64,000 nt of DNA from Tubulanus polymorphus. Taxonomy: Eukaryota > Animalia > Nemertea. Every line of letters starts with the position of its first letter. The first letter of the stretch is position 1. The notes under the pieces were generated by a model that saw only the letters and a program-made list of their open reading frames with translations, was not told where the DNA came from and made no database searches. This document shows, piece by piece, positions 27,119 to 39,669 of the stretch. The translations under genes and the position numbers were made by a program. Location: positions 9,548,001 to 9,612,000 of the forward strand of contig NC_134025.1 of the NCBI RefSeq assembly GCF_964204645.1, given 5' to 3'.

Positions 27119-30100
27119 TCATAAGAAATCCCCTTTCGCATGAAAATTTGGATTAATTGCGGTGTCCTTCAACTGTCCAGCAGCTCGTTTAGCTTCACGT
27201 GTTTCTGCTCTCGTAATCGGGGCACTCTCCGGTCGATGTTTGGCTTTTTTATCTTGCAGTGACAAATTCGGATCCTCCGCTGCCACACTGATTTGTGCCC
27301 TGTTTCGAGTTTCAATCAAACGCTGGAACAAAAAATATAAATTTGCTTTTATCTGTGAAGTTTAGATTTTGTATATTCTTCTGGAAATGATGTATGAATA
27401 ACATTTATTAAGCAAGGGACTGCAATTCAATCAAAACTTTTGCTTCAAAAACGAGTGAAAATTATCGCAACAATGGGGACCTTGAGGGTCCACCACAACA
27501 TGGTGCGTAGAAACTGGAAACTTCTTTATAGTATTGAAATTACCTGCATTGTATCTTTAGCACTTTGACATCTAGCCATCAGTTTTTTATCATTTACATG
27601 TCTTTCGTCATAGAGTTTTTCACATTTTTGCCTATAAAGTCGTCTTGAAAGATTTGAAAAAATGAAACAATTTGAATTCAATTTGAAAGTTCAAAGAAAT
27701 ATTAGTTTTGCATACAGTTGACTGTGTATACCTTAACTCTGCATTTTGGCTCATCAAAGATTCTATTTTCTGGTGGTATTTGTCATCTACTTGTTGAACT
27801 TTGACATTAAAATTCTGTTCGAATTCTAAAACTCGGATTTTCTAGAAATAGAAAGAACTATACACATGAAGCTAGCAGCAAGGGACGTTACTTTGGACAT
27901 AGATGTATTTTGAATGAACTTCTTACAGTATCGGTTAGATCCCTTGTCAGAGAGGCTAACTGTGAGCAAGCACTGTCATACTGAGTTTTTAAGGTTGTGT
28001 GGTCCTTCTTAATATTCTGAAATGACACCGATTCTAATGAAATAAATTCAGGTCGTCAGACAATCCGAGAATTGGAAATTGATTCGAAACAAACCTCAAG
28101 TTCAGCAGTTACACTGATTAATTTTGCTGCATCTTCGGTCGCATCAGCGAATTTACGATGTAATTTCTATTATAAATCAACATATACACACACAGATTAC
28201 AAAATTACCACCGACTATTAAGGAAAATTATTGAAGATATATTCAATGAGATTTACATCGATTTCTTTCTTGTGTTCCTTTTCCATCGTTTCGACAGTTT
28301 TCGAGTGTTCTTTAATCAGCTGGGTTTTTTCATTATTCCTTTCTTTCGCGATACGAGACACTGGATGGTAAGAAAGTTAAGATTACATTACTTTGATCAT
28401 TCTTCTATACAAAGGAAATTTCTGTACCTCACTGTTCTGTATTGAACGATGATCTAACCAGCTTTACTTACTCAATTCCATTTGCGCGTTCTCCATTTCT
28501 AACGTTTGTTTCTGGATCAAATCTTTCTCGAGTTTTTTCCATCGGTCAGTCGATTCCTGATGGAGATTACTTTTATATGTTTCAAATGCTCCCTGTAGAA
28601 ACCCGATTTCTCCTCTCATTTTTGCTGAAAAAGATATTTCCAGTATTTCCTTTCCTTAAAACCGAATATCGAATATCATATCGAAATATAGAGAATCTAT
28701 GATCATTGGCCATCTTGAAACTAGGTCCGAACTACGACTGTGCGCAACCCCGGTGTCGACTATTTTCATACCATAGTTCCGAGTAACTGACATTCGGTTT
28801 CACTTAGTCCGTAAATAGTCGACTAACTCCGATAACCAAATTCGACCTGGCTGTGCTTTATACTTTTCTGTTGTAGTTAATTGTAATGACATTCTGACAA
28901 AATTCTTTATTATACTTACATATAACTGCTTCACTTTCATTGTGTTGAAATGCCAATTGTTTTTCGTGGTCACTTTTCATTTGCTGAACTTCGCTAGCGT
29001 GACTTTCCCTTAGTGAACTATATCGACAGAAACATTGACATAAAATGACATGAGATGAAACCCACTTCTTGTCTACAGATTGTCGTCTATTACCTGACTT
29101 CCTCTGTATGTTGCTGTTTCATTTCTTCAACTTTATTGTTCAATGCTTCTTCCGCCTAGTAAAAGTAATTCAGGAACATTAATTAATGATAACTCAGTAG
29201 ACATATCATATTGGTCAACTCGGAAAACTGTTCAAGTCAATTTTTCGACGATGACTTTTTCTTGATTCTTTTTTTCTGAACACAGAATTCAGGGAACTTG
29301 ACAAAGTATCCCCAATCTGAACACTACCTATAGGAAGGCAGAGTAGACTGGATACTGTCCAACAGTTGAAATAAAAGACCAAACTATGGTTACGTAATCG
29401 ATGATTAAATTGTCACCCGTGAACATCGCTTTTCACCGTTATTGAGCATGAAAACGCTATTTGAAAATTAAGAATATGTGAACTAAAATGATTTCACCAT
29501 CATTGAAAAATTCTAAAAATCAGTGAACGATTAAGAATGCGTACAAAATATATCATATCATATTCACCTTTTTTGTCAGTTCCTTGTTCGTCATGCGTTC
29601 TTCTTCAAGATACAAAGACAAATCATTAACTTGCTGCTGTAGCTGAGCTATCAGTGCTTCAGATGCCGGATTCATCATTCGATTTCTAAATATTCAAAAT
29701 ATATATAACACATTATCAAACGATGGCAATTTCTCACACCGATAATTGATGAGTCTTTCTCACAGCGATTTACCTTATTTTAACTTCTTTCGGCGGAGGA
29801 TTAAAAAACTGTTCCATGTTGATTTTCATGGCTATTTTTTCTTTATTTTTTGAAATAGTGTACCCTGGCATTTCTTGGAATGTAACCATCGGAGACTTTG
29901 ATAAAAAAATACAATAATGAAACCTTTCTAAAAAGTATCATCCATTTAAGGTGCAAATTCTGTTACTTCTAGATGTAATTTCATAAGTTATCAGCCTTAA
30001 TCTCTCATTAACTGTTTTTAACATTATTTGAGGAACCCCACACTTCGAAGAAATTCATACCTCAGCACGTTTTTGCCACGCTTGTGGTGATTTCTGCCTC

Positions 30101-31091
30101 TTGATTGGAAAGTGATTTTCAAATGCTTGTCGTCTTGTTGGCTCATGTTCCACTTGAAAAACCCTCTCACAACTACAAATAAGGTTGTGTATTATCACAA
30201 TTTCAATGAAATACATATTTGTGAAATAATGAAAATTTATATCTTAGGAAAATGTTTCCAAATTTCTAATTCAAATTGCTTATGTTTCTCGCTGAACATA
30301 CTCTGATGGCGAGTGATACGCTCTGGGATAGGCTGAATGTGGGCGCGATGCTTTTGTTGACCCTTCATATAAATTCTGCTGGAAATGATGTGGAGGGACC
30401 GACCTGAAAATAAATAAACAATGAAGAATTCATGAATCTTTGAATTAAGTCAGCTCATTTTCAACTAAATTTTGAAACATAAATAGAATAGCCTTTATAT
30501 CGTTTAAATAGGCTTTAGCCATTTTTATAAGAATATTTCCTTTAGGCCCCTATCTAGAAAAGCATTCATAGCTCACTTTGGTCTAATGTTAAACTTTTGT
30601 AATTCCTTATAAACTTGTTTAGGAGAAGGAGATTTGATGTTGCGCCCATTGACGGCTTCCTCTCCGCTGGTCATCCAGGCTTCGCTGATTTGAGTTTTCA
30701 TATTTTCAATGATACTGACATGCCCTGAAGTCAAAGAATTTACATTTCAAAATTTCAGAATTGCCAGTATCCAGTTCCCCAGTTCTGAGTGTCTGTTTAT
30801 GTGTATCTGTTTAACTCACAACAGTGGAACTGGGTCTGGAGTGTCACATTGAGACAAAAAACTTAATTTAAAACCTCCTGAAGTTGATATAGTTTCAACA
30901 CCCCCTGATAGTCAAGGAAATTGCATACTTTTTCTTGTGAAATGATTAAATCCAGTTTTATTCAGCATAGGAAAATGAGCCGGACTATTCTCCTCAGGAA
31001 TAACCTCTAAAGTGCTCGATTTACTCGTCGAAAACTCAGGAAAGTGAACTCTGTTATCATTATTTCTAGTTCGTAAGTCTTTGTATACCAT
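27119..31091 (-). CDS. FLACC1: Flagellum-associated coiled-coil domain-containing protein 1 (ALS2CR12)-like
   Basis: Many short in-frame exons. Peptides FQEMPGYTISKNKEKIAMKINMEQFF, LIAQLQQQVNDLSLYLEEE and EIGFLQGAFETYKSNLHQESTDRW resemble, from memory, collinear segments of human FLACC1. The last exon ends HAKGDFL-stop at 27119. The 5' exon structure and start codon are uncertain. Confidence 0.75.
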
Positions 31092-33137
31092 TGCTGCAGA
31101 AGCATTCAACACTTAGACAACACTATCCATGTAGAAATCCAAGATATTTCAACAAAGCTGATACAAAATTCCTACTTATCCTAAACAGTTAAATCCACGT
31201 TATTCTTGATTCGTAATTTGCCGAAATATCACGAAAAATTCCATTCATTACGCCCTGTTTTACAATCCAAAAACTAGTTACGCATATCCCATCTAATCGA
31301 GAACTGAATTGTAGTTTATTATTTCATGATTCAATGAATAACATTCTATTGCTGTCGTCATTTTACATTTTCACATGATTTATTGTACATCGATCTCGCT
31401 TGCAGGAGAAAAGACTTTCCCTGTAACCATGAAACCAGACTGTGCATTTATGATTGATATATCCGATGTAAAGTGCAAACCGCTAGATGTATTATGGCCA
31501 TTAAATGGTAACAATGCTAATGGGGATAATAAAAATATTTGGGATAAACCAGGACAGGGTTCAGTGTCCCATGACCAATCTTATTTGAAGACTTTCAAAG
31601 ACTTTTTTGACTCTGATTCCAGGAGTCATGCTTAAGCCAGGAATCCTAAAATCTACATTTTCCAGGCATTCTTATTATCAGTAGATTTTTAGAGCTGTAA
31701 CAGCTGTAAAACTAGTATCTTGGATCTGTGAGATAATTACCAATGAATGATGCCATTCAAGAACCATGACAATGATTTAAGAATTTTTAGAGTCTGTACT
31801 CAAAAGCCTTGAATTGACCCATTCCCAAATCAAAACTTTTTAAGGACCTTTAAGGACTACTATGAATCCTGCGGTTTCATGAACAGGGGTTAACTTTTAA
31901 TTCGGATAAGGTGATTATTCAAATTAGAAATATTTCCAATATGTTCTAAAAATATTATATATATCTTGATTTGAAATTGTCAAAATTCAAATTTGTTTTG
32001 TCTTTTGTGTTTAAGTGTGGCTCCAAAAACAGTGCCTTTGCCCATTTTCGTAGTAACTAATTCGAATTAGCCAATATAATCCTGCTCCATTGTAGGGAAA
32101 TTTCCAGGTTACTGATCAAAATAAAATCACATTTGTTAAATAGGCATCGAAAATCCCAACTCACAAAATTACCCGAATTAGGGGCTTAATCCCTCAAGCC
32201 CTGGGATATCAGAATAATAATACACGGATAATATTTCACTGGAAAATTAATTAAAGAATCTTAAATGGTTTCATATGAAATTAAGAAAATATTCAAAATC
32301 TCTTTTAATCACTGCTAGTCTTATTAAGTTCTCCATATCATTAATTCCTCTATTAGTGACCAAAACAAAATTGGGTCAAATCTAGAATCAATATATAAGA
32401 TGCTTGTAAATTCTCCCATTTAAATGATTTAGTAAATTAGTTAAGGTGTTTTATATCAATTATCATAATTTTAATTAAAAAAGTAAAAGAGCACTTTCAT
32501 TCATATCAACCTATTTAGCATCATAATATGCTTAATCATAATTTCCAGTTTAACTTCTACATTGTGGAATAAGGGTATAAAATGTCTAAATATGTAGAAA
32601 AAAAAGAATTTGTATCCAATTCTTATCAGGGGCAAGTAGATACTAACTAATGTCGATAACATTTCTATACAATGTAAAGTACATTACGCACGTACCAGAA
32701 AAACAAAGTTACCCACAGAATACAACAACACATCGATAACAAGTTAATGGACATATAATCTATACCACAAAATGCTTAAAATGTATGTCATCTCTTTCAT
32801 ATGCACTGCAAGCTCGAACTTTAGAAGTGTATTTCTTAACTGAAGCTGGAATAATAGGATATAAATAGATTACCTTATATGTTCCTGTACATATCTTGTT
32901 TATCTTGGAAACCTAAACGGAAACGCCAATTCTGAAACGCGTGCTGACAAGTATTACTAAAAAAGGCCAAATCAGGCTAATAGACACTACATCTATTAAT
33001 CATATGGAGTAGGTTTAATAGTAAGAAATAATTGAAGTAGAATGCATTGCTTATTATTTCATGATATTAGAATGGGAATTAAAAAGAGAATTGCTAATAG
33101 CGCGCTGGTTCATCTATAAGTTTTAACGATCGTTTAA

Positions 33138-33145
33138 TGACGTCA
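33138..33145. promoter_or_regulatory. Perfect CRE palindrome TGACGTCA in the FLACC1/C19orf47 divergent region
   Basis: Exact 8-mer about 110 bp upstream of the C19orf47 ATG. Function not shown. Confidence 0.45.
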
Positions 33146-33256
33146 TAGATTTTGAGCTACGCGAAATATCCAGTACCACCCTTATACTAAAAACTCTGTA
33201 AATTTCGTCTTTTTCTCGACAAATTAGCCGCATCAACACTACTTTAAGTGACAAAA

Positions 33257-36200
33257 ATGGCTGTTTCATCACCGGGTATGTATTGATGGTAATTAAAACG
33301 TTGAACAGTTGTTTTTAGAACTAAAAATAGGTCTTAACCGATTGTAGATTGGTCACCACACACACAAGAAAACAGCAGTGCCAGCGCCAGCGGTTCAATT
33401 CGATTAGTCAGCATAATTAATACTAATACAATAGGAGTAGGAGATATAGTAATTAAAAATTGTACTGTTGTAGATTGAGAACTTCTGTCTCCATGCATGT
33501 AACCCAAGATCCTAGACTCTAACTTTCTTAATCCGGTAAAAGTGCAGATCCGCACCTCTCGTGATTTATTGACGCAATCTGCTGAATGACAGAATCCAGG
33601 CTAAAATCTTTCTAGTGAAAATATCTTAAAATTAACCAATGGCAATGTACTGAATTGCTGAATTTGGAATCTGAAACATTGATATTTAATGCAATTGATT
33701 GAACTGTTTACGCGGAGAGGTGCGGATCTGCACTTTTACCCTTAATCCTTACCCGTCCCTAAACTATCTTTCCTATCTATCAATCAGTTAAGTTTGCATG
33801 CAGCATTTTCTCTAATCTAGCCGTGTAATGAAATGCTTTCGCTTTCTTTTGCTAGGAATTACGACGTCCCAGTGGATTCGATTTTTTACCGATTCGGGAA
33901 TTCCGGCCAGTGACGCGGCCAGTTACGCGATCATATTCACCGATAACCGCATTCAGAAAGACATGCTGATGGATCTCAATAAAGAATACCTAAACGATAT
34001 GGGAATAAAGATGATGGGAGACGTCATCGCCATTCTCAGACACGCGAAAACCGTCTTTTCTCAGGTAAAATTGTCATCGAGTACCTGCTGCCTGGTCTTA
34101 CATTTAACTAGATGAATTAGAAAAACAACAAGAGGGGCTTATAGTAAGCTCGTTGGTTAGACGTGTCACTTGAGCCTTGGCATTTAGTCTTATATAGAGT
34201 TTGTAGGCCTATAAAAAGTAGGAAGTTTGATGCGATTTTTCATTCATACAATCCCAAGCCTCAGCCCACTCCTCCCCCTAACACCTGAAATCTACCTTTA
34301 TTATACCCTAAACTTAGACCTTATCATACCTAGAATTCAAAATAATCAATGGAAGTAAAATTATGATCGTATAAGTGAAAGGAATAGTTTTGATGACAAG
34401 TATTTTTGCTTGAAAGCATGCCTAAGTGTTTAAGGCACTGTAAAGCCAGCGGAAATCTAGCATGTTTCGGCAAGTCAATTTGAATATTTGTAATCCCAAA
34501 TGAAATACAAAAATCATCATAGAATAAATACCATAGTTGAGTTATACACCCGGTTTGTGTACATAGAGTTTTTAAAATTCTGAAATCTTGCTTTATCGTT
34601 TTATTTCTGTATAGGATCAACGTGACAAAGTACTTAACGCCAAGACAAATTCACCCTCTTCAACCCCGCGTAGGTCAACTCGTAAGTATTTAAGACCTCA
34701 GGGCTCTGTTTCACAAAAATGTGTTCTACTTATCTGCAGTCATAATTCAAATGAGATACACATCTAATTGAATTTAGTGTAAATATGTTTGATTGCTATT
34801 TTCAAGCTGCCAGCAGAATTATCGATCACTACATCGGGAAAGACAACAGTGCATCTCCGCTGAACGAACCGCCCGGGTCAAAGTTATCGAAAGAATTGGC
34901 AGCACGTCTTGGACCATCTGAAAGATCGTCTCCTGGTTAGATTTTATTCATTTATGAAATAATTGGATACGTTATTGCATTATAAGACCGACATGTATTG
35001 ATTCGTACCTGTTTTCATTGGTTACAGTTTCATCAAATCAGATGAAGAAACGTAGAAGCGTTCAGCCAGATGAAGACGGAACGACAGGTAAACACATTTT
35101 CCTCTTTTAACACTTTCAGTGCATCTACACCCCAGTGTATGTATCAGTGATGGATTTTGCTAGTACACCGCACTCCGATGTATTGATGTAATTAGTAATT
35201 AGTTTTTATCTCTATTGAAAGATAGCAGCACCTGTCAAACATAGTGAAATATTAGTAACTTACGATACACTGCGCCGCGGTGTAGCCGCACTTTAGTGGT
35301 ATTCCTGTTATTCAACACACTAGGGCGGAATTTTTCAAAATTTTCAAATTATCTCCAGCACATTAGGGTATAGATTAGTCAGCACCGAAAAAGGGTTTTG
35401 TAAATCACTTTTCAATAAATGGATTGAAGACTAGCGTCGTGTAGGTTTTGTATGCGGGGGTCTCAGTTAGTGATTGACCTCATCTCTTGGTCGAAAGATT
35501 TATATTTTTTTTGATTGTTTGAATGTCGTATCCTAAATTACGTAATGATTATGTTTGATTATTGTGTACTCGTGTGTATTACAGTGAGTGTGCCGAGTTT
35601 GGATACAACGCCTTCCGTGTTCTCGAGATTAGGTGATGAAGCTAGCCCAAAGATTACAGTTGCGGGAGTAACATCTTCCTCATCACCGGTGAGTAGTTCA
35701 TTATGAGCGATTGAAATGGTTCTGATGAAAAGTCGGTAAACATCCTAAACAAAAATGATCTTATGAAAAAAAAGTTTTTTTAACTGGTCAAGATGATGAA
35801 TTATATGTTCTTTTCAGGGTTCTGTTTTCAATAGATTGGGGAAAGCTGTCAAACGGCCAGCTTCTTCAACATCAGAGACGGCACAGCTCAGTTATGCTGG
35901 AGTTCTCAAACAGGCTACTGTCTCGCCTACTAAGAAACCGAAAATAAATCGAGCTAAATTAAAAAGTAAGCATTTTATAGATGATTATGATACGTCGTTA
36001 TTTCAAAAATATTGCGATGCCCATATCCACAATTGAATGAGATGAGTGAAACTCATTCTTTCATATTATCAACCCTAGTCTAATAATAGTAATTCTAGCC
36101 TAATATTATGTGGACAGAGAAACATTTTTGACTTACAACTGTGGAACTGTGTCTGGTTGCATAGCGGGTGTGTGTGTGTGTGTGTGGGTCTAGAGTATCG

Positions 36201-36709
36201 AATCTGACAGGCTAGCATCATATGGTAGTCGTACTGGTACCCATACATGCTTTCAGCCCTAGAATTGTTTTGTACCTTCCATTACACAACTTACTCATTA
36301 CAGTTACCGTAGCTTCTCCAGCTGCTGAAATGAGAAAAACTTCCACTACACCAATGGTTCATACTCAAGGCTGTCTAGCTATGGATTCTCAAGCCCTACC
36401 GGTCAAACTGAAAGATCGTCTCGGTGCGGGGAAAGTCATCGCTTCGGCGACGTCGACTACAGAATTATCAAAACTAAAGGTCACCAAAGTGAATACCAAA
36501 GTGAAGAATGCTCAGAAACAAAAAGGTAATTGAAATGAAATTAACGCGTATAACGTTTACGTCTGATGTAACGTTGTAATTGTGGTTAAACGAAGAAAAA
36601 CATTTTTTTAGATCTAAAGATTGTCCAACAACGAAAGTCGCAGAAAACGGAAGTTTCTTCAAGCGACGATGTCAAATCCGTCTTCGATCGTTTAGGAAAG
36701 AAAACGTGA
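33257..36709 (+). CDS. C19orf47: C19orf47 homolog (N-terminal SAM-like domain, repeated SVFxRLG motifs)
   Basis: Exon 1 is 33257-33275. Exon 2 encodes [62 protein letters not shown]. Later exons contain [14 protein letters not shown] and [10 protein letters not shown]-stop (36707-36709). Confidence 0.88.
33535..33740. mobile_element. MITE (206 bp), Merlin-like (GG...CC termini, 8-bp TSD), copy 1
   Basis: TIR GGTAAAAGTGCAGATCCGCACCTCTC with perfect 8-bp TSD CTTAATCC. A near-identical copy lies at 40918-41127. The superfamily is inferred from termini and TSD. Confidence 0.85.
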
Positions 36710-37200
36710 TTTTATCAAATACTGCATTAATATAAGCATGAATACGCTGCATTTCTCTTTAGATGCTTTGTTTTTGGATTACGATAAAGCAGCTTTGTGT
36801 TAAGAACGTTTTGTTAAGTAGTATAGCTGACAAATTTTAAGAACTTTTATTTTTTGGCTTCATTTGAAAAATCTTTTCGTAGACGACAATAGGTCTTTTC
36901 TGGTGGTACCGGTGTGATCATTTTTGAGCAGCGATTATGAAGACAAATAGTTTCGTTTTTATCTTTGAATCTTTCGGTATTCTGATTATTTTATGTTTTC
37001 TTTCTCTATAATATTAAGAAGCAAGAATGAAATGCTTACTCTTTTCAAATTTAAATCATGGAATCATTTTATAACCGATATCGGCAAAATGGCCCGAAGC
37101 AAGGTGTGACAAATGGAACAAATAAATATTAAAATATAAATTGACTGAGTCTTCTAATTTTTGGTTGGGCGATTTTTAATCCATGTTGCTGCACAGAAAA

Positions 37201-38437
37201 CTAGGAGTACAGGGACGTCACGCTCACTTGGGAAGTGGTTTGAAATGCTCGGCAATCAGAATCTCATTCAATATTCAACACCTGGTGAAAAAGGTAACGT
37301 CTTGATATTTTGGTTACACATGTATCTACCCTAGACCCATCTTCAGCCCAAAAACTGGCCCTGTCAGAATCAAGATGGCCGACTGGCAGCCATTGTTGTT
37401 CGCCAAAATCAGCACTTTTTACACATTTTTGAACTTTTTTAGGGAAATTTTGAAGACGCTTTGATCAATTAGCTTTATCTTTCGGATATATGTGAATCCC
37501 CCCAGGGCCCATCAGCATAACAAAAATGAGGTCGATTGGACTCAAGATGGCCGTCCTATGACCTTTTCAGTGCCCAAAAATGTTAATTTTGGCCCGAATC
37601 CTGAGTCCTGTAGCTTCCTACTGGTTTGCCATTTCTCATTGCAATTTGTGATGGGTATTCTTTGGAAAGGGATGTTTTATACCTGAGACAGGTATTTTTC
37701 ATCAGCCAATTATGACGCAATTGGCGGCCATCTTGGTGTCACCAGTACTCATTCGTAAGTGGGAAAAAGTTTTTCCACATTATATTGATACCCAAGCCTA
37801 TTTTGCTACCACAATCAATTAGAAAGTTGTAGCTCATAATGTGTTCTATAATTGTGGTGAGTTTCAAGGTAATTGGATTTCGTATATGGCCACCAGGGGG
37901 CGTTGAATAACACAATATCTTTGCATTTCTTTATTATATTCGTACCTATGCATATTTTGTAACCACAATCAATTGGAAAGTTGTAGCTCATGACATCATC
38001 TATGATTGTTGCGAGTTTTAAGGACATTAGTTTTTCTATATGGTCACCAGGGGGCGTTGAATAGTATAACTTAGTATTTCCTTATTATATTGGTACCTAG
38101 GCATATTTTGTTACCATGATCAATTGCAAAGTTGTAGTTCATCACATGTTCTATGATTGTGGTGAGTTTCGAGGTCATTGGGTTTTGAATATGGTCACCA
38201 GGGGGCGTTGAATAGTAGAATAACTTAGTATTTCCATATTAAATTGGTAACAAGGCATATTTTGTTATCACAATCAATTACAAAATCGTAGCTGCTGACA
38301 TGTTCTATGATTGTGGTGAGTTTCAAGGTCATTGGTTTTTGTATATGGTCACCAGGGGGCATTGAATATTGAAATTGTTAGATTGTTGAGCATTTGGAAC
38401 CACTTCCCAAGTGGGCATGGTGTCCCTGGACCCCTAG
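37201..38437. mobile_element. Helentron-type non-autonomous element (HINE-like) with an internal 4 x ~153-bp tandem array and 3'-type ends at both termini
   Basis: Ends aaaa|CTAGGAGTACAGGGACGTCACGCTCACTTGGGAAGTGG and CCACTTCCCAAGTGGGCATGGTGTCCCTGGACCCCTAG|tttt. The repeat motif CACCAGGGGGC recurs at 37891, 38045, 38196 and 38350. The body is homologous to 46075-46848. Confidence 0.8.
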
Positions 38438-39669
38438 TTTTGTATCAAGATGCAAAGTAAAGAATATGAATTGAGGAATCCCTCTGTGAAAAGAATAACT
38501 CCAAGAATAAGAACAATGATAAGATTTTGATCACCATGGGTATTTTATTGCTAAGTCAATTTCAGCTGTTTATACATAATCTAAACCAGTTTTAGTTTAA
38601 ACACACATATTGAATGAAAATAAAAGCCGTTCCTTTGATTAACAAACAGAAACATATTGGAAGTAGCATTTCTACCTCCAGCAATAAATACATGTAATCA
38701 TTATTCACACAAACAGATACAGTTGTATTTAGAAAGAGACAATATTGTCAATGAATATATGTAATGTCGATAATGATGAAAAATGACTAGAGAAATTTTG
38801 ATACGTAGTATTGTGAGTACAGTAGAACTCACTTAATTCAAATGACTAAGGACTGTCCAGATTTCTTTGCATTAAGTAAAATCCGTATTATGAATAAAGA
38901 TTCGCATAGTTCTACGGGTAGGTTAAATGGACCAAATATTTCATCTGATTAGAGCCACCAGTTCTAATGTGCGAGTACATAATCCATTCTTATCTGGAAA
39001 GGCTTAAAGCCAATAATTTAGAACGGTATGCAGGTAAATTAAGCAGAGACCTATGTATATCGTTATTAGAAAATTAAAATATCTTGTTTCTTTACTTAAG
39101 AGTACAATACAGGACAATGCCACTCAAACTATATACCGGAAATACATAGAAGAAAATCACATATAGTAGAATCATGGAAGAATATCATTAAGGATGCAAA
39201 TACCGTCTTCATGTAAAATCATGTTGGTCCCAATGATAAATGGGTAAAAAATATGTTCTTCACTATATTATAGTTGCCTACTTTTTATTTGTACAATGTT
39301 ATAGGAAAAACTGCTTTCGAAGCAAAAATACTGTTAGATAAAAACCTAGGCCTAGAAACACTTCAGAAAATCTCCACTAAAGAAAAGCCAATGAACTACA
39401 GCTAGAGACTGCATCAACTTTGATATGGACGCAAATCGATTTAAGAATTAAACCATTCATCCTATGTATCTATGTAATGCTAGGGTTAAAAATCAGCAAT
39501 GTTTTGTATGCATACTTATGAACTGTCGCGTCATAAGTACTACTAAAATATACCATCTGCGGATGACACAAAATAACGTTTTTTTTCTACAACTCAGCAA
39601 CGTAGAGAAATCAGTGATATGCAGGCTTTTGAAGTACTAACATTCCATGTCGACATTAAGTCATCAATT

